Both the position numbers and the translations under genes were made by a program. A stretch of 63,737 bases of DNA, the filler included, from Choristocarpus tenellus KU-1152 (taxonomy: Eukaryota; Protista; Phaeophyceae), in the NCBI GenBank assembly GCA_964200185.2. It is 7 parts of 7 records of this genome, joined end to end, with 100 filler letters (N's around TTAATTAATTAA, not from the genome) between each part and the next. Parts side by side here need not be neighbours in the genome. Positions count along the whole stretch, not along the records: positions 10,388 to 18,239 come from CAXNAD020005493.1; positions 18,340 to 31,796 come from CAXNAD020001487.1; 5 more parts are not named here. One strand, 5' to 3'. The notes beneath the pieces were generated by a model. It was not told the DNA's origin. It saw nothing but the letters and a program-made list of their open reading frames with translations, and ran no database searches. Below are positions 10,467-22,443 of the stretch, in pieces (within the stretch, counting starts at the first letter, position 1; each line of letters starts with the position of its first letter).

Positions 10467-13400
10467 ATGGGAAGGATGGAGCCTGGTGTTTCACTCTACA
10501 GCAGGAAGGTGGATCCTCTTCCCATCCCCCCCATTCCCCTCCGTTTACTCTATATTAAAAAAAATATTGTTGTAGTGGTGTATGATAACCCCCACGCACA
10601 CAAATTTGCATGCAGTTGTTGGAGATGGCTGATGTCTTGAAATGTTAGTCAAGTCCATTGTCTAGCAAATGTAGTTGGAACTGGCAGGATGGGGTTAGGG
10701 CATGATATTTGAGTTGAGATGGGAAGAAACGTTTCAAGAGTTGAAAATAAATGGAGGTAGTTGTGTGTAGTTGGGAGTGATTCCATCCAAGATGGTGTTG
10801 TTGAGCTTTGGGAGTCCATGGGATTGAATTGTGATATGCGAGTGTCTGTGGAGGGAGTTTTTGGATGAATATGTGTTTACTGGTGATACTCTCTTTTACA
10901 GCAACACCCTCCTAAGGGGAGTCAAATGTATTCGACAGGGTTTTTGAACCTCTGAGTGGTCAAAATCAACCCCCCTAAAAAGGTGTACCTCATACATGCT
11001 TCACTGAGTTTGAGCGGGATTGTGTTTAGGCTAGTAGAGCAGTAAGAAAGCTCTGTCACAATGACCCAGAAAGGATTTTGTTCACACCTTAACCTCCCTC
11101 TTGTCACAAAAGTTGTTATTCAGTTTTGGGGTTAGGAAAAACATTGGTTGGGGGGGGGGTGGGGGGGTTAGGTTAATGTTCATTAAGGAATTATTAGCAG
11201 CATGGATTTCATTTCTCAGACTTAGAGTTTGCCTGATGATTGGAGTGTTGGACTTAATGTACATAGTGCGTGTTTTGTTATGGCTTCTGTTGAGCATGCT
11301 CTCCTTCAACAGATACACACTGTGTTCTGTGGTGTTAAAACCTAGGTGCTGATAGAGTCTAAGTGTCCAGACATCCTACCTGAGTGGCTCCGCTTTGTGA
11401 AGGGTGTGGTGGACAGTGAGGACCTTCCCCTAAGTATCAGCCGAGAGAAGCCACAGGACACGGCCTTGCTGAAGAGGATTGGTGCGGTTCTTACACGCAA
11501 GGTGCTTCGATCTTTGCAGGAGTTGATGAAGAAGGAGCCAGAGAAGTATAAGAAGGAGTTCTTCAAGGAGTTTGGACCGTTCCTCAAAGAGGTAAGTGGG
11601 GCTGGTCCTTGGAAAGGGGCTTGGCATGTGGTTGTTGGTGGTGTGGGTGTATTTTTTGCGTGTGTGAGTGTGGAGGAGAAAGTGTTTTTTTTTTTGTTAA
11701 TGGTGATGACAAGGTCTTTTTTTGAGGATTTTTTGTTGTTGTACGTACGTGGTACAGAGGTTGTGTGTGGTGGATTTGTTGTGATGGAGTAGGGCATGGT
11801 AATGTGTTGTCATGTCTTATTCCTCAAGATCTATTCCTGTGTTATCAATCTATTCCCTTCCTTTCCCTTCCTTGTTGCCCTCCAGAAAAATCTTGTTCTG
11901 ACATACGCTGGTGTATTGTGAATGTGTATTCAGGGTGTTTGTCAAGACTACACCAACCAGGGGGAGATAGCGAAGCTCCTCTTCTTTGAGAGTAACAAGG
12001 GGAAGTCTGATGAGCTGGTGTCTCTTGATGAGTACGTCTCCAGGTGCGGATACGATAGTGGGGGGAGAGGGAGGATGGTAAGGTTAATGTTGTTTTATTA
12101 TTGTTTTTTGTTTAGAGTGGTGTTGAATGCGTTCTTTTTGGGGAGGGGATGAAGAGGAGAGTAAATGGTTTAATGGCAAAAATAGAAAGAAAAAAAAATT
12201 ATGTAATTATTGGAAATGTATAGTTGAATTGTGGTGGAAGAGGAGATGTGATGTTCTTTGGGCAAGTGGGAAGGACTTTAGTACTATGCTAAGGGAGTAA
12301 TGTATGCTGTACCTTGTGAAGAAGTTTTTGTTCTGTTGATGTCAAGTCTTCATGGTAAGAAGCCATTGTTTGGTTAGGGCTGGGATGGGAGGAGGTCTGA
12401 CTCAAACAGTACTCCAGCACTTGGTCGTACTGTGATGGTTGAAGAGAGGTATGAGTATTGAAGTGGAAAACTACAGCCTGGGGCACACACTATCTGGTTA
12501 AGGTTCAATGAGTAGGCCTGCAGTCACGGCTACCTCATTCCACTCGTTATTTTTCTTATTTAATGGGTGTAGAAATTATAGCTACAGTTACCTTGAAAGG
12601 CATTTGTAGCTGATAGGGTCCCTGTTGTAGAGGGAATGCAAGTAACAGAGCGGAAGCAAGCAGAGTTTCACAGAAGGGTTTGTTAGAGTATGGAGGGGAA
12701 CACACATGTACTTGTGTTGATGCTGTTGGAGAGTAGCTGCCAATAGTTGATCCATGTGATCAACTTGAGGTGTAACTGTTGTTATTTCAGTCGTACTTGC
12801 TGAGTATCATATCTGTACCCTTGAGGAGGTTGCGTCAAGTTATCTATGATCATTTTCTTTTGTGTAAAAATACAAGGTGAAACAAGAGACTGTTTGCAGG
12901 TGATGGTTACGTTGATTTAGCTTAGTGTGATAATTTGTAGAGGGAGTGAGTGCTGTGAGAGATCGGTCCTCTTTGACCTTTGAGCTAGTGTCACCCAGGT
13001 GTGAGCGATTCATCAATTCAGAAAAAACAAACTAGAAATGGGAAGTAATAAACAAAAAAAACTGCTAGTGTGAGAGTGGTATGGCATCAGGTCTTATTGA
13101 CGAGTGGTATCTGTTTTGGTGGAGTGTGAGAGACCTCTCATCCTTTTGGTTTTGTCTGTTGATGGGAAGATCAATTGACTTTGGTTTTGCTGTCATCACC
13201 CTGTCTGTCTACTTTATCCTGCACACATTCGCGAAATCTTTACCAAAGGATATTGATTTCCTCACCCTTCCCCCCCCAAAAAATGCAACTACATGCACAA
13301 TCATTTCTATAATGAAATTGTTGTTGATGATGCTGCACTGCAAAGGTGTACGGCAGAGCAGAAGGAGATCTACTACCTTTGTGCACCTAACAGGGAGCTT

Positions 13401-16281
13401 GCAGAGGCATCCCCTTACTATGAAGCCTTTCGTTCATCAGGGCGTGAGGTTAGCTGGTGATTAGTAGAGTTGCTGTAGCATTAGTAGTAGCAGTAAGTAG
13501 TGTTTGTCCCTATGCCCATATGCAGGTCATGCAGTGATAATTGGTTTTCTGTTTTTAGTTTCAACTGGCAACTGTGTTTTGTGTGCATATAACCATTGGG
13601 GGAAGGGTGTCTTGATTGGGGAGTTGGAGGATGCTGTGTTTTTTCATGTAGTGCGGCCTATGGTACCCACTGACCTGTGTGTAAGTACAGTTTAGATTTT
13701 CTGAGGATTCAGTACTTGCAGGGGCGTTTGTTGTTGTGAAAGGCTTTTTCGTGGCAATTTTAGGGAGGCTCAAAATGTAAATGTGTATGTTATGTGTCAG
13801 GGTGGGATTACACCTAGATTGTTCACTCCCTCTAAGTTCACTCAGTGACAAATCCCTCCCTACCCCACTCTCCATTCCAACCCTGATACTCTCTGGAATA
13901 TCCAATTGCAATGTAGGTGTTGTTTGTGTACAATGCCATCGATGACTTTGTGATGACAAACCTTAAGAGTTATGCTGGGAGGGATATCAAGACAGCAGAG
14001 GCTGAAGACATTGACCTTGGTGATGAAGCAGGACTTAATGGTGAGAGTGATAAGGAGGGTGAACCGTCAGGAGAAGGGGGTAAGGCTCCCAAGGCAGGAC
14101 TCAATGCTGAGGAAGCAGAGGACCTGTGCAGCTGGCTGAAGGAGTCAGCTCTCCCAGACCGGGTGATGATGGCAGGCTTGGAGGACGGGATTGGGAGGAA
14201 TATTAAATGGACATTGTGTAGTGTGTTGTGATTTATGTTGATAGAGTAGTACCGAACCATGATGTTGCCAGTTTCAATCAGCATATCTGTAGGTGGTTCA
14301 CAAATACACACACACATACACCCTGATGCACAAGTTTGGACTACAGGACTGTATGTTAAAATGTCGTGCTTGGGGTATGTCCATTGGTAAAGCTAGAACT
14401 CCGTATCACTCCTGCACTCTACCCTCCAGTCATTCAAGTTTACATCGCAATATATATAGAATTCAAGGTGTTGGTTTTTCAGAGACCCTTATATAGACAT
14501 AGATTTGCACGGGTGCATGTACATAAATGTATATTTCCGTACTGCATGCTTAGGACTGTTAACTCTTCAAACTGTCCTTGTGTACTCCTGTATGGGATTC
14601 TAGTAGCTTGTGAGGTTCCATCCTGTATTGTATGCATGAAGGAGGGTGTCATTGTTGGGCTGTGTATCCACACATATGCAGTTCGTGTGGTTGACTCTTG
14701 GTCGTTCTGTTTGGTAGGTACTGGAGGTGAAGACTACAGGGCGCCTGTCAGATAGTCCAGCGATTGTATCGAGCCATGAGTCAGGGGCCCTGAGACGGAT
14801 GATGCGCATGGTGGAGCAACAGAACTCTGGTCAGGCAGTGCCCATGCCCAAGCAGAAGATGGAGATTAATCCCAAGTGAGCATTGAAAGGAGGTGGTGGG
14901 AGGAAAGGAGATTGCGGGAGATTGAGATGATTGGAGGGGAAGGGGAGGGTCCTTTTTGCTCATATTTTTGGTGATGTTGATTCCAACATTAATTTTAAGA
15001 GGGTTGATGAGCAGGTGCTAGGATTAGTCTTGTGGAAGATTCTGGAAGGGGTAGTCTTTTATACCCACCAGTGACCTTGATGAAGTTAAGGATTTTTTGC
15101 ACGCTGCTGACTAAGATTGAAAATCCCCCACTTTGTAGACTAAACACTAGGAATCACTGGAAGGGTACAGTGATATGAAGTTAGTTACTGACAGCAATGT
15201 ATTCCAGGCATAGTTGTATTACATAATTGACCAAAAATGGTGCTGATTTATTCTGCTGGTGCACTGACCTACATAGACAGGTATAGACACCTTTCTGTTC
15301 TCAGTATTTGTACTGTAGGCCAGTAAAGAGTACCATCTCGTCAACCTGATGTACATAAACCCATGCAAATTCAGGCACCCATTGATGGTGGGCCTCCATG
15401 ATATCAAATCTTCCAACCCGATGGTGGCACAGCTGGTGGCAGAGCAGGTCTTTGACAATGCTCTTGTTGCTGCAGGGTTGATGGATGACAGCAGGGCAAT
15501 GCTTCCAAGGTAGGCAAGGGTGGGCAGGGGGAAAGGAGAGGAGGGCTCTCTGATCAGAATTTTGTCCACTTTCACCTATGTGTGTCTCAGTTTGTTATTT
15601 TGCCGTTTCAGATGGGAACAGTCCCTTCGTTTTTTTTTCTGTGATATGTAGATCAATGTTGTTGCTTGGGTTACGGCAGTTTCCTGGCATGATAAAACAT
15701 TCTTTGATATTTTAAAGAGGCATTTTGCTGTGAAAGTTGAGTTATTTTTCTAGAGTCTTTTATTGTTGCATTGTTCTCACTATTTGAAGTGCAAGTATGT
15801 CGGTAAGGCTGAGTTGTTTCATGTTAACCCTGTTTCTTTGGTGCCAGGTGATTGAATCTGGTTGATTGTGTGTAGTGCTGTAGTGTTTCAATGTTTGAGT
15901 GCAATTCTGTCTGTTAATTAAAGAGCATCCTGTCAACAGAAGTTTCCATGCCTTCCTTGAAGATGTTGGAATCCTTGTGGTATGGACAGATTCGTCCAGA
16001 ACACACCAGATATATGCCCGTGTATCATTGCAGGCCTCAAGGGCTATGTAAATGACCTGACTCTGCAAGTTGTTGAGTATGCAGAGATTCTTTCGATAGC
16101 CCAGAGACGTAGTATGGTGGATGACACACATGCTTTTCTCATCTTTTCCTGGTGCGCCACTTTGTCTTGTCTCAGGCTTAACAAACTTATGTCTAAGGTT
16201 TTGGCTGGGGAGGAGACAGGGGAGAGTGTTGTCAAGGAGGAAGAGGCAAATACCGAAAAAGAGCAAAGCGGGACTGATTAG
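10467..16281 (+). CDS. TRAP1: Mitochondrial Hsp90 (TRAP1/Hsp75), 3' half, 5' truncated
   Basis: Phase-consistent GT-AG exons: 10467-10508, 11346-11591, 11934-12043, 13346-13448, 13917-14162, 14718-14875, 15375-15509, 16176-16281 (stop). Product includes [74 protein letters not shown] and [16 protein letters not shown]. No MEEVD or KDEL tail, consistent with TRAP1. Confidence 0.95.
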
Positions 16282-18239
16282 GGGTTGGTTGCCAAAGTCT
16301 GAAAGAGCGGAAGAGGGAGATTGGGGTGTTGAGGGAGATAGCCCTCTTCTCCCACTTTAGCTTTTATGGTTAAACTTTCCCTAACCCCGGCATGGTGTGT
16401 GTTTGTAGATGCAGTGATGGGGAAACAAGATCAGCAGTGTGAAAGGATGGTTTGGAAGGAAAGTTGATGGTACTGCTGTACAATGAAGGATCACAATAGT
16501 TGCATATTGGTGTCTTCTGTAAAGGTAGCTAGAGTGAAGGCCATTTCTTGGATGGAGCTCTTATTTTAGTCACTACCCTGTGACTTGATCATACCTAACC
16601 TATTGCAAGAACATGTGCGGAGTTGTTTTTCCCACCTGATGAAATGCATCATTTGATCGATGTTAGCCTCCTGTCATTTTTGCTCCTAAGTAGGAAGTAT
16701 ATAATAGTAGTACTGAAATTATTTTTGGAGCTGAGGAAGTTAAGAGTAGCTGCGATTGTTATCCTCTGTTCCCATTGTATCTCTTCACCTGTGTGCTTGT
16801 CCTGCAATTGACATTTTTAATGTACACCACTCAGTTCAGCAAAGTGAGAAGTTGGACTCATCAATTGAAATTCATGAGTGTGCTTAGAGCTTCAAGCAGG
16901 ACATACCTTATGCTCTGTGGAAGTGGTTTTGTAGTAGGAGTTGTGTATTCGGTAAGTCTCGTCTGTGCCATAAAATATTTATATTGATATGCTCATTATG
17001 TGTCTTGCAATAGATAGTAACTGCTTCATGACGAGACCATCAGTCAGGGTAGTCCAAACCTATGGTGATGAAAACAGCATTAGTGGCAGTATCATTGCTT
17101 GTGACTGGCAGGGTTAAGCCTTTTGTAATGTTGTGAAACGATACGTGTTTCACCTCACATGCCTTTTTGGGACAATCAACCAATTTATCATCACTCACTG
17201 AATGAAGCACCAAAGATTGCTCTGACAACAACTGATGGTATGATAACTTAAGGCATTCTTACCATGACGTTATCTTGTATGTGACTAGTGACTCCTCTAA
17301 CGAGGAGGGCTAGGGCTTATCAATGCACCATTAGAAGGAAGTACTCGTATTTGATAGTAGCGGGAGTGTTGCATTTCTTCTCTGTATTAAGAGCAAACTG
17401 GGAAACAAATCAAAAGTACGTACGATGATGAATGTTTAACGTGTATTATACGGTAAGAGTCAATAGTGCAACATAGATACGAGGTATGGTATGAAAGTAT
17501 TATTATGCCCTCCGACATTTTGGAGATGTGTCAGGGGGGAGACCAATGAAAAGTCAATCGAGCATCAGAACTCTGAAAAAATAACAATTATCATAGGTGT
17601 GAAAAACATTTTCAAAGTATTTCCTTAGGTTATACGCAAATATTGGCACTAGTGTGCCGAGGAAGGTCCAGTTTTTGGTTCTGTTAGCCCACTAATCATT
17701 ATTATAATAGTATCATACTTCCAAGTACTACACTCGGCTGTGCATTATCACGTTTGAATCACTACCACTACTACCAGTCAATGAAGGTTGTGATAAGTGA
17801 GACTGAAAATCGAGGTGTTGAATTTGATTGGTTATTTTCTACATGATAATGTATGTATATATGTATATACTCCCTGCGGGGCTTGGTGTCCCACATCGCT
17901 TTTTGTACCGCGTGCACAGTTCAATTCTAGTCGAGCACGCCGAAAGTTTGCGATTTGGTTTCAATTATTACTCAACAAGTCCATCGATTCACAGCGCCGT
18001 GAATCACCGATATTATTATCTGCTACTTCTACACGTCTATTCTGATACACGAAAAAAGACTCCTCCCCCACCTTTTCTGCACTTTCTCCCCTCTCACACA
18101 TCCTTTACCTAGCACAAATAGTGACCATACCGTCTCTCTGCCTAGACGAGATATTCTTTATGCTCGTTTTTTGTGTCAGTAACAGTGGATTCGCAAAATT
18201 GAGGATGGAGCGGGACTATGAGGACGGTTGTTTTGCGAA

Positions 18240-18339
18240 NNNNNNNNNNNNNNNNNNNNNNNNNNNNNNNNNNNNNNNNNNNNTTAATTAATTAANNNNN
18301 NNNNNNNNNNNNNNNNNNNNNNNNNNNNNNNNNNNNNNN
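18240..18339. other. Artificial contig linker
   Basis: N44-TTAATTAATTAA-N44. Confidence 0.98.
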
Positions 18340-18648
18340 CCGAGTGCATGAGGGGTATATTCATATGAACAGTGGTGGACCATGTGATTAATGATAACGC
18401 GGGTTTTGCACAGAGTGCGGTGTTCGTGTCCGTGAATGGGCTAAGCAAGGGAGATATGAAAAGAACGTAGCGCTTGCGTGGAAATGGGGACGGCGTAACG
18501 CTTTCCTACCAGGAACCTATTTACCAAGAAATATGAAACTGTTAACGCGGTCGCCCTAGGATGGATATGAATATCAATAAAATGTAACAATATCTGACGC
18601 AACCTGGTGTGAACCTACGCACAGATCAAGATCAGATATAGCAGGGGC

Positions 18649-19190
18649 AATCATGCACAGGTTTGCGCTTGACACTAGGTTGATAATAATGAATGAATTT
18701 CATGTGTTCTGACCAACGGCAAAGGCGATGAATTAAAGGAGCGCGGTTATATGGTCGAGGGCGTGTGTGTCGATTTGAACTTGTAACAACCCGAGCAGAT
18801 AAACATAACGTCTAACCGAGAAAGTGGTAGAAGAAGATGAAACAAATTTACGCGCTGCCCCGGATTGGATGTTGGGAGAGTAATCACGCGCAGGTTTGCG
18901 CGTGACACTAGGATGATAATAATGAATTTTTTTCCTTTGTTCTGACCAACGGCAAAGGCGATGAAATTAAGGAGCGTGGCTAGAAGGTCGAGGGTGTGCG
19001 TGTCGATTTGAACTTGTAATAACCCGAGCATATAAACATAACATCTAACCGAGAAAGTGATAGAAGAAGATGAAACGAATTTATGTGCTGACCCAGATGG
19101 ATGTTGGGAGAGGAATCACGCGCGGGTTTGCGATTGACACTAGGCTGATAATAATGAATGAATTTCATGTGTTCTGACGAACGGCAGAGG
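18649..19190. repeat. Degenerate tandem repeat, ~233-bp unit, ~2.3 copies
   Basis: AATCA(T/C)GC.C.GGTTTGCG..TGACACTAGG.TGATAATAATGAAT...GTTCTGAC.AACGGCA restarts at ~18649, ~18882 and ~19114. Confidence 0.85.
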
Positions 19191-19867
19191 CCATCAAATT
19201 CCGTAGAACGTCCAAGACGGTTCGGGGGTGTGATGTATATTTCCGATTTGAACCTTATCGGAAATGTTCCAAAAGTATCAGATCCCTTACATGCCAATAT
19301 CGAAGGTGTTACCACGTCATCCTGGACGGACCAATGTTGTGGCGCGCGAAATTGCATCGTGGAATCTTCTTTCTATTTCGAACCAATTGTCTGATTACTC
19401 CCATCGAAAGTGACAGCAACACATGTTCCAAATATCGAAAAGGTTTCGGTCAAATTCGCTGTAGTGACCCTTTCGTCTAGGAGCCTTTCGATTTATTCTA
19501 TGACTACATTTTTGATCCGAGATGAAATCTGTAAATTGCGGATTTGGATAAGTGTTGAAAATCTGGTGGGTTATTTATTTCTCTCGGGGCTAGGGTTGGT
19601 ATCATCGTTGCTGGTCGTAATATGTTAGTGGTAGGGTTGCGTTCATTTTGTGTGACCGAATTCGAATGTTGCTTTTTTGCTATCATCCTTATTGCCCTCT
19701 TCAATTTATGGATATGTGAATATAACCACATGACCAACACTCCTTTCCCAACATTGTGCATCTCTAAAAAAGGTTTCGAGCAAATGAATAAAGTCCTTCA
19801 TAAACTCTGTGTCCAGTGGAGCCCCAAAAGGACAGACATGGAAAACTGGTGCCCTGTAACATTGAGC

Positions 19868-20212
19868 ATCGAATCTACCAATGCTGCAATCCCCACCGTG
19901 TAAGGGTCGTATGTACACGCTTTGGAGCACAAATAAGTACAGGACAGGGAATATAAAATGGTGATATCGCCACTGTGGAGAGGTGGTGTGTACACCATTG
20001 GGATCACACAAACAATTACCGTTCTTCTGATCTAAAAAGGGTGATATCACCACCGCGAAGAGGTGGCGTGCACACGGTTTGGAGCACAAAAAATTAGAGG
20101 GCATTGAATCCAAAGATGGTGATATCGCCATCATCATGGACGGGTGGTGTATACCCGGATGATGTAACAACAAATAATTACAGGAGATCATCGAATCAAA
20201 TAATGGTGGTAT
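19868..20212 (+). pseudogene. Decayed tandem-repeat protein coding sequence (~78-81 bp unit, ~4.5 copies)
   Basis: GGTGATATC recurs at 19960, 20040 and 20118. Units translate to approximately IESKxGDIATVxRWxxHGLEHKxxxx, with stops and frameshifts. Confidence 0.55.
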
Positions 20213-20518
20213 TGTAACAGGCGATATGTCTTGATGGTGGTTTCATAAACGTCATTATGACATTGAAGTTCTAGATTTGACATATTTGTACTCCTTGACT
20301 ATTTATTTATTATTTGGTCAGTATGGTCCCCGATTGTGATAAGACATCGTGGATCAGTTCCTTTTATATGATGATATTGATGTTAATTCAAGTGAGAGAT
20401 CCAGCATACCTGACGACTTGTGCATCAGGAGTCCTATACGTACATCAGTATCATCTATAGGCCCGTAGATTGGAGCTATACATCCTGTGGAGGTAAGCTT
20501 TGAGGGGCGCCTGTAACA
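20213..20518 (+). mobile_element. Solo LTR (~306 bp)
   Basis: TGTAACA...TGTAACA termini; inverted homologue of 21386-21692; no PBS follows it. Confidence 0.75.
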
Positions 20519-20716
20519 GTTACCCTGCCGCATGGTTGGTTATAGATAATCGTGGCAGGGTGATTGTTACCAGGGGGAGAGGGACCAGGCGTTGAGGAGC
20601 CATACCACTTGTTTATCCTTCAATCTCTATGATGTATGTGGTTAGATATTGAGACCTAGAGATCTCCAGTACTCCTGCCATGCGAGCTTGGACGCAGGCC
20701 TCTGACTCTATAAGAG

Positions 20717-21692
20717 TGTTACAGCGTGCCCCAGAACTCACCTCCATAGGATGTACAACTCAAATCCAACGATTTTAAGACAACACTACAGGGGGTCCAC
20801 AGTTGATAGCCACGAATGGGTGTCAGCTACTCTTCTCTCGATGCTTCAATCAGTGCTTAGCTCAATGCTTAACATAAGGTTCAATCGAGATAAAAGTGCG
20901 TCAAGACGTACGTTGGTGGCAGTCAAAGTAATCTTTATTTGCATCATCCACCAGAGTTCTACAGAATACAAATTGAAAGACATCTGCCAACCGTTGTATA
21001 CATACCCAAATTACAAATATTTCCTGCAACCTCTAAGAAATCAGCATTTATTCTGTGAGGCCACTGATGAGTTACGAATCTCGTATACTGCTCGCGCTTT
21101 CTAGAACACGAAAAGAAATGCTCGTGCTATTCACCTGTTACATGCCCCCCAGCGTGAACTAACAATACATGTTTCTCGCTTACCACAGGCGATAGTTATT
21201 GGTGAGGGCAATAGATATCATCAATCACCTCAGATCGTCCTGTGGCAAGGAGAAATAAAGAAGAAAAAAATATCTTTCTCCTACTAGGTCAAAAACATAC
21301 ATCCTTATCTACTTGGAGAAATCTGTCTGCATCTAGCCTGATCTGAGTATACATTTACTCTCTACATGTCTTGGTAGGAACTCCATGTTACAGCATGCTC
21401 CAGAAGCTTACCTACACAGGATGTATAGCTCCAATCTACAGGTCTATAGATGATACTGATGCACGTATAGGACTCCTGATGGACAAGTCGTCAAGTATGC
21501 TGGATCTCTCACTTGGATTATCATCAATATCACCGTATATGAAGGAACTGGTCAACGATGTCCTATCACAATCGGGGACCATAATGACCAAATGATAAAA
21601 TAATAGTAAAGAAGTACAAATATATCAAATCTAGGACTTCAAGGTCATAATGGTGTTTATGAAACCGCCATCAAGACATAACGCCTGTGACA
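20717..21692 (-). mobile_element. Internally deleted LTR retrotransposon
   Basis: 5' LTR 21692-21386 (TGTCACA...TGTAACA) is followed directly by TGGAGTTCCTACCAAGA (PBS resembling tRNA-Gln primers). The last ~55 bp of the 3' LTR lie at 20770-20717. AGAG flanks both ends (4-bp TSD). Confidence 0.7.
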
Positions 21693-22443
21693 AGAGTACC
21701 AACAATCAAGGACCACAATATGACCAGACTATAGGGCAAGGTTGACGCCTGCTGGGGCTAGGAGGTTCAACTCTGGATGTAGAAATTGGTGACCCTGTGG
21801 GGGAGAAGATCCCCGTGTGTTCTCCACGTCGAAGAGGATCCCCACCCCCAGCAGGTCCGTGTGGAGTTGGTGAAATGCTCCCCTGACCGTAGAATCTAAC
21901 CTAGAGGAGGAAATGGATTACTTTGGTTATGGTCGAGCAGATATGACTGGGACGAATGCCACCAGGGCCTGGGGTTGATTTACTTTTTGTACACATCAAG
22001 ATCTTACGCAGGGAGACAAGAGGATACTCCCCACCTGGGAAACAGTACTTTGTCCACTGGACCCCCCCTCTTTTCTCACCTACTCCTTAGGCGCAACAAT
22101 CGCCTGGTTGAGGCCGTCGGGGTTTTCCGTAGAGTGGTTTGAGATAAACACCTCAAAAGTGGGCTCATCTCCTGGAGACTAAGATTGAGTCCGGAGGACG
22201 CCGCCTCCGATGGAGATGGCCCGATGATGGCGATGTAGTGAACCCCTGTTTTTTGTACGTCCTAAGATTTATGTGATGATTAGGGATATTGTATTTTTTA
22301 CTGCGAATGTCTGAATAATAATAATAATATACATACAAAAGGAAAAAAATATTACATTCAAACATGAGTCCTCATCCAAGATCGCTTACCTCAGTGACAA
22401 CTAGGGTTTGGGTTACCTCACGCTCCTCTTTCCAACTTCTAAA

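Noticed and set aside
11342-11797. Minus-strand ORFs over TRAP1 (also 13970-14317, 15219-15575, 15760-16266)
   Set aside because: Antisense shadows of real exons plus intron sequence.
19868-20212. CRISPR-like repeat-spacer array
   Set aside because: The whole unit is homologous and degenerate, with no unique spacers and no cas genes; the context is eukaryotic.
21925-22070. Possible chromodomain remnant (VEQI...PTWE)
   Set aside because: Needs several frameshifts; match too weak to call.
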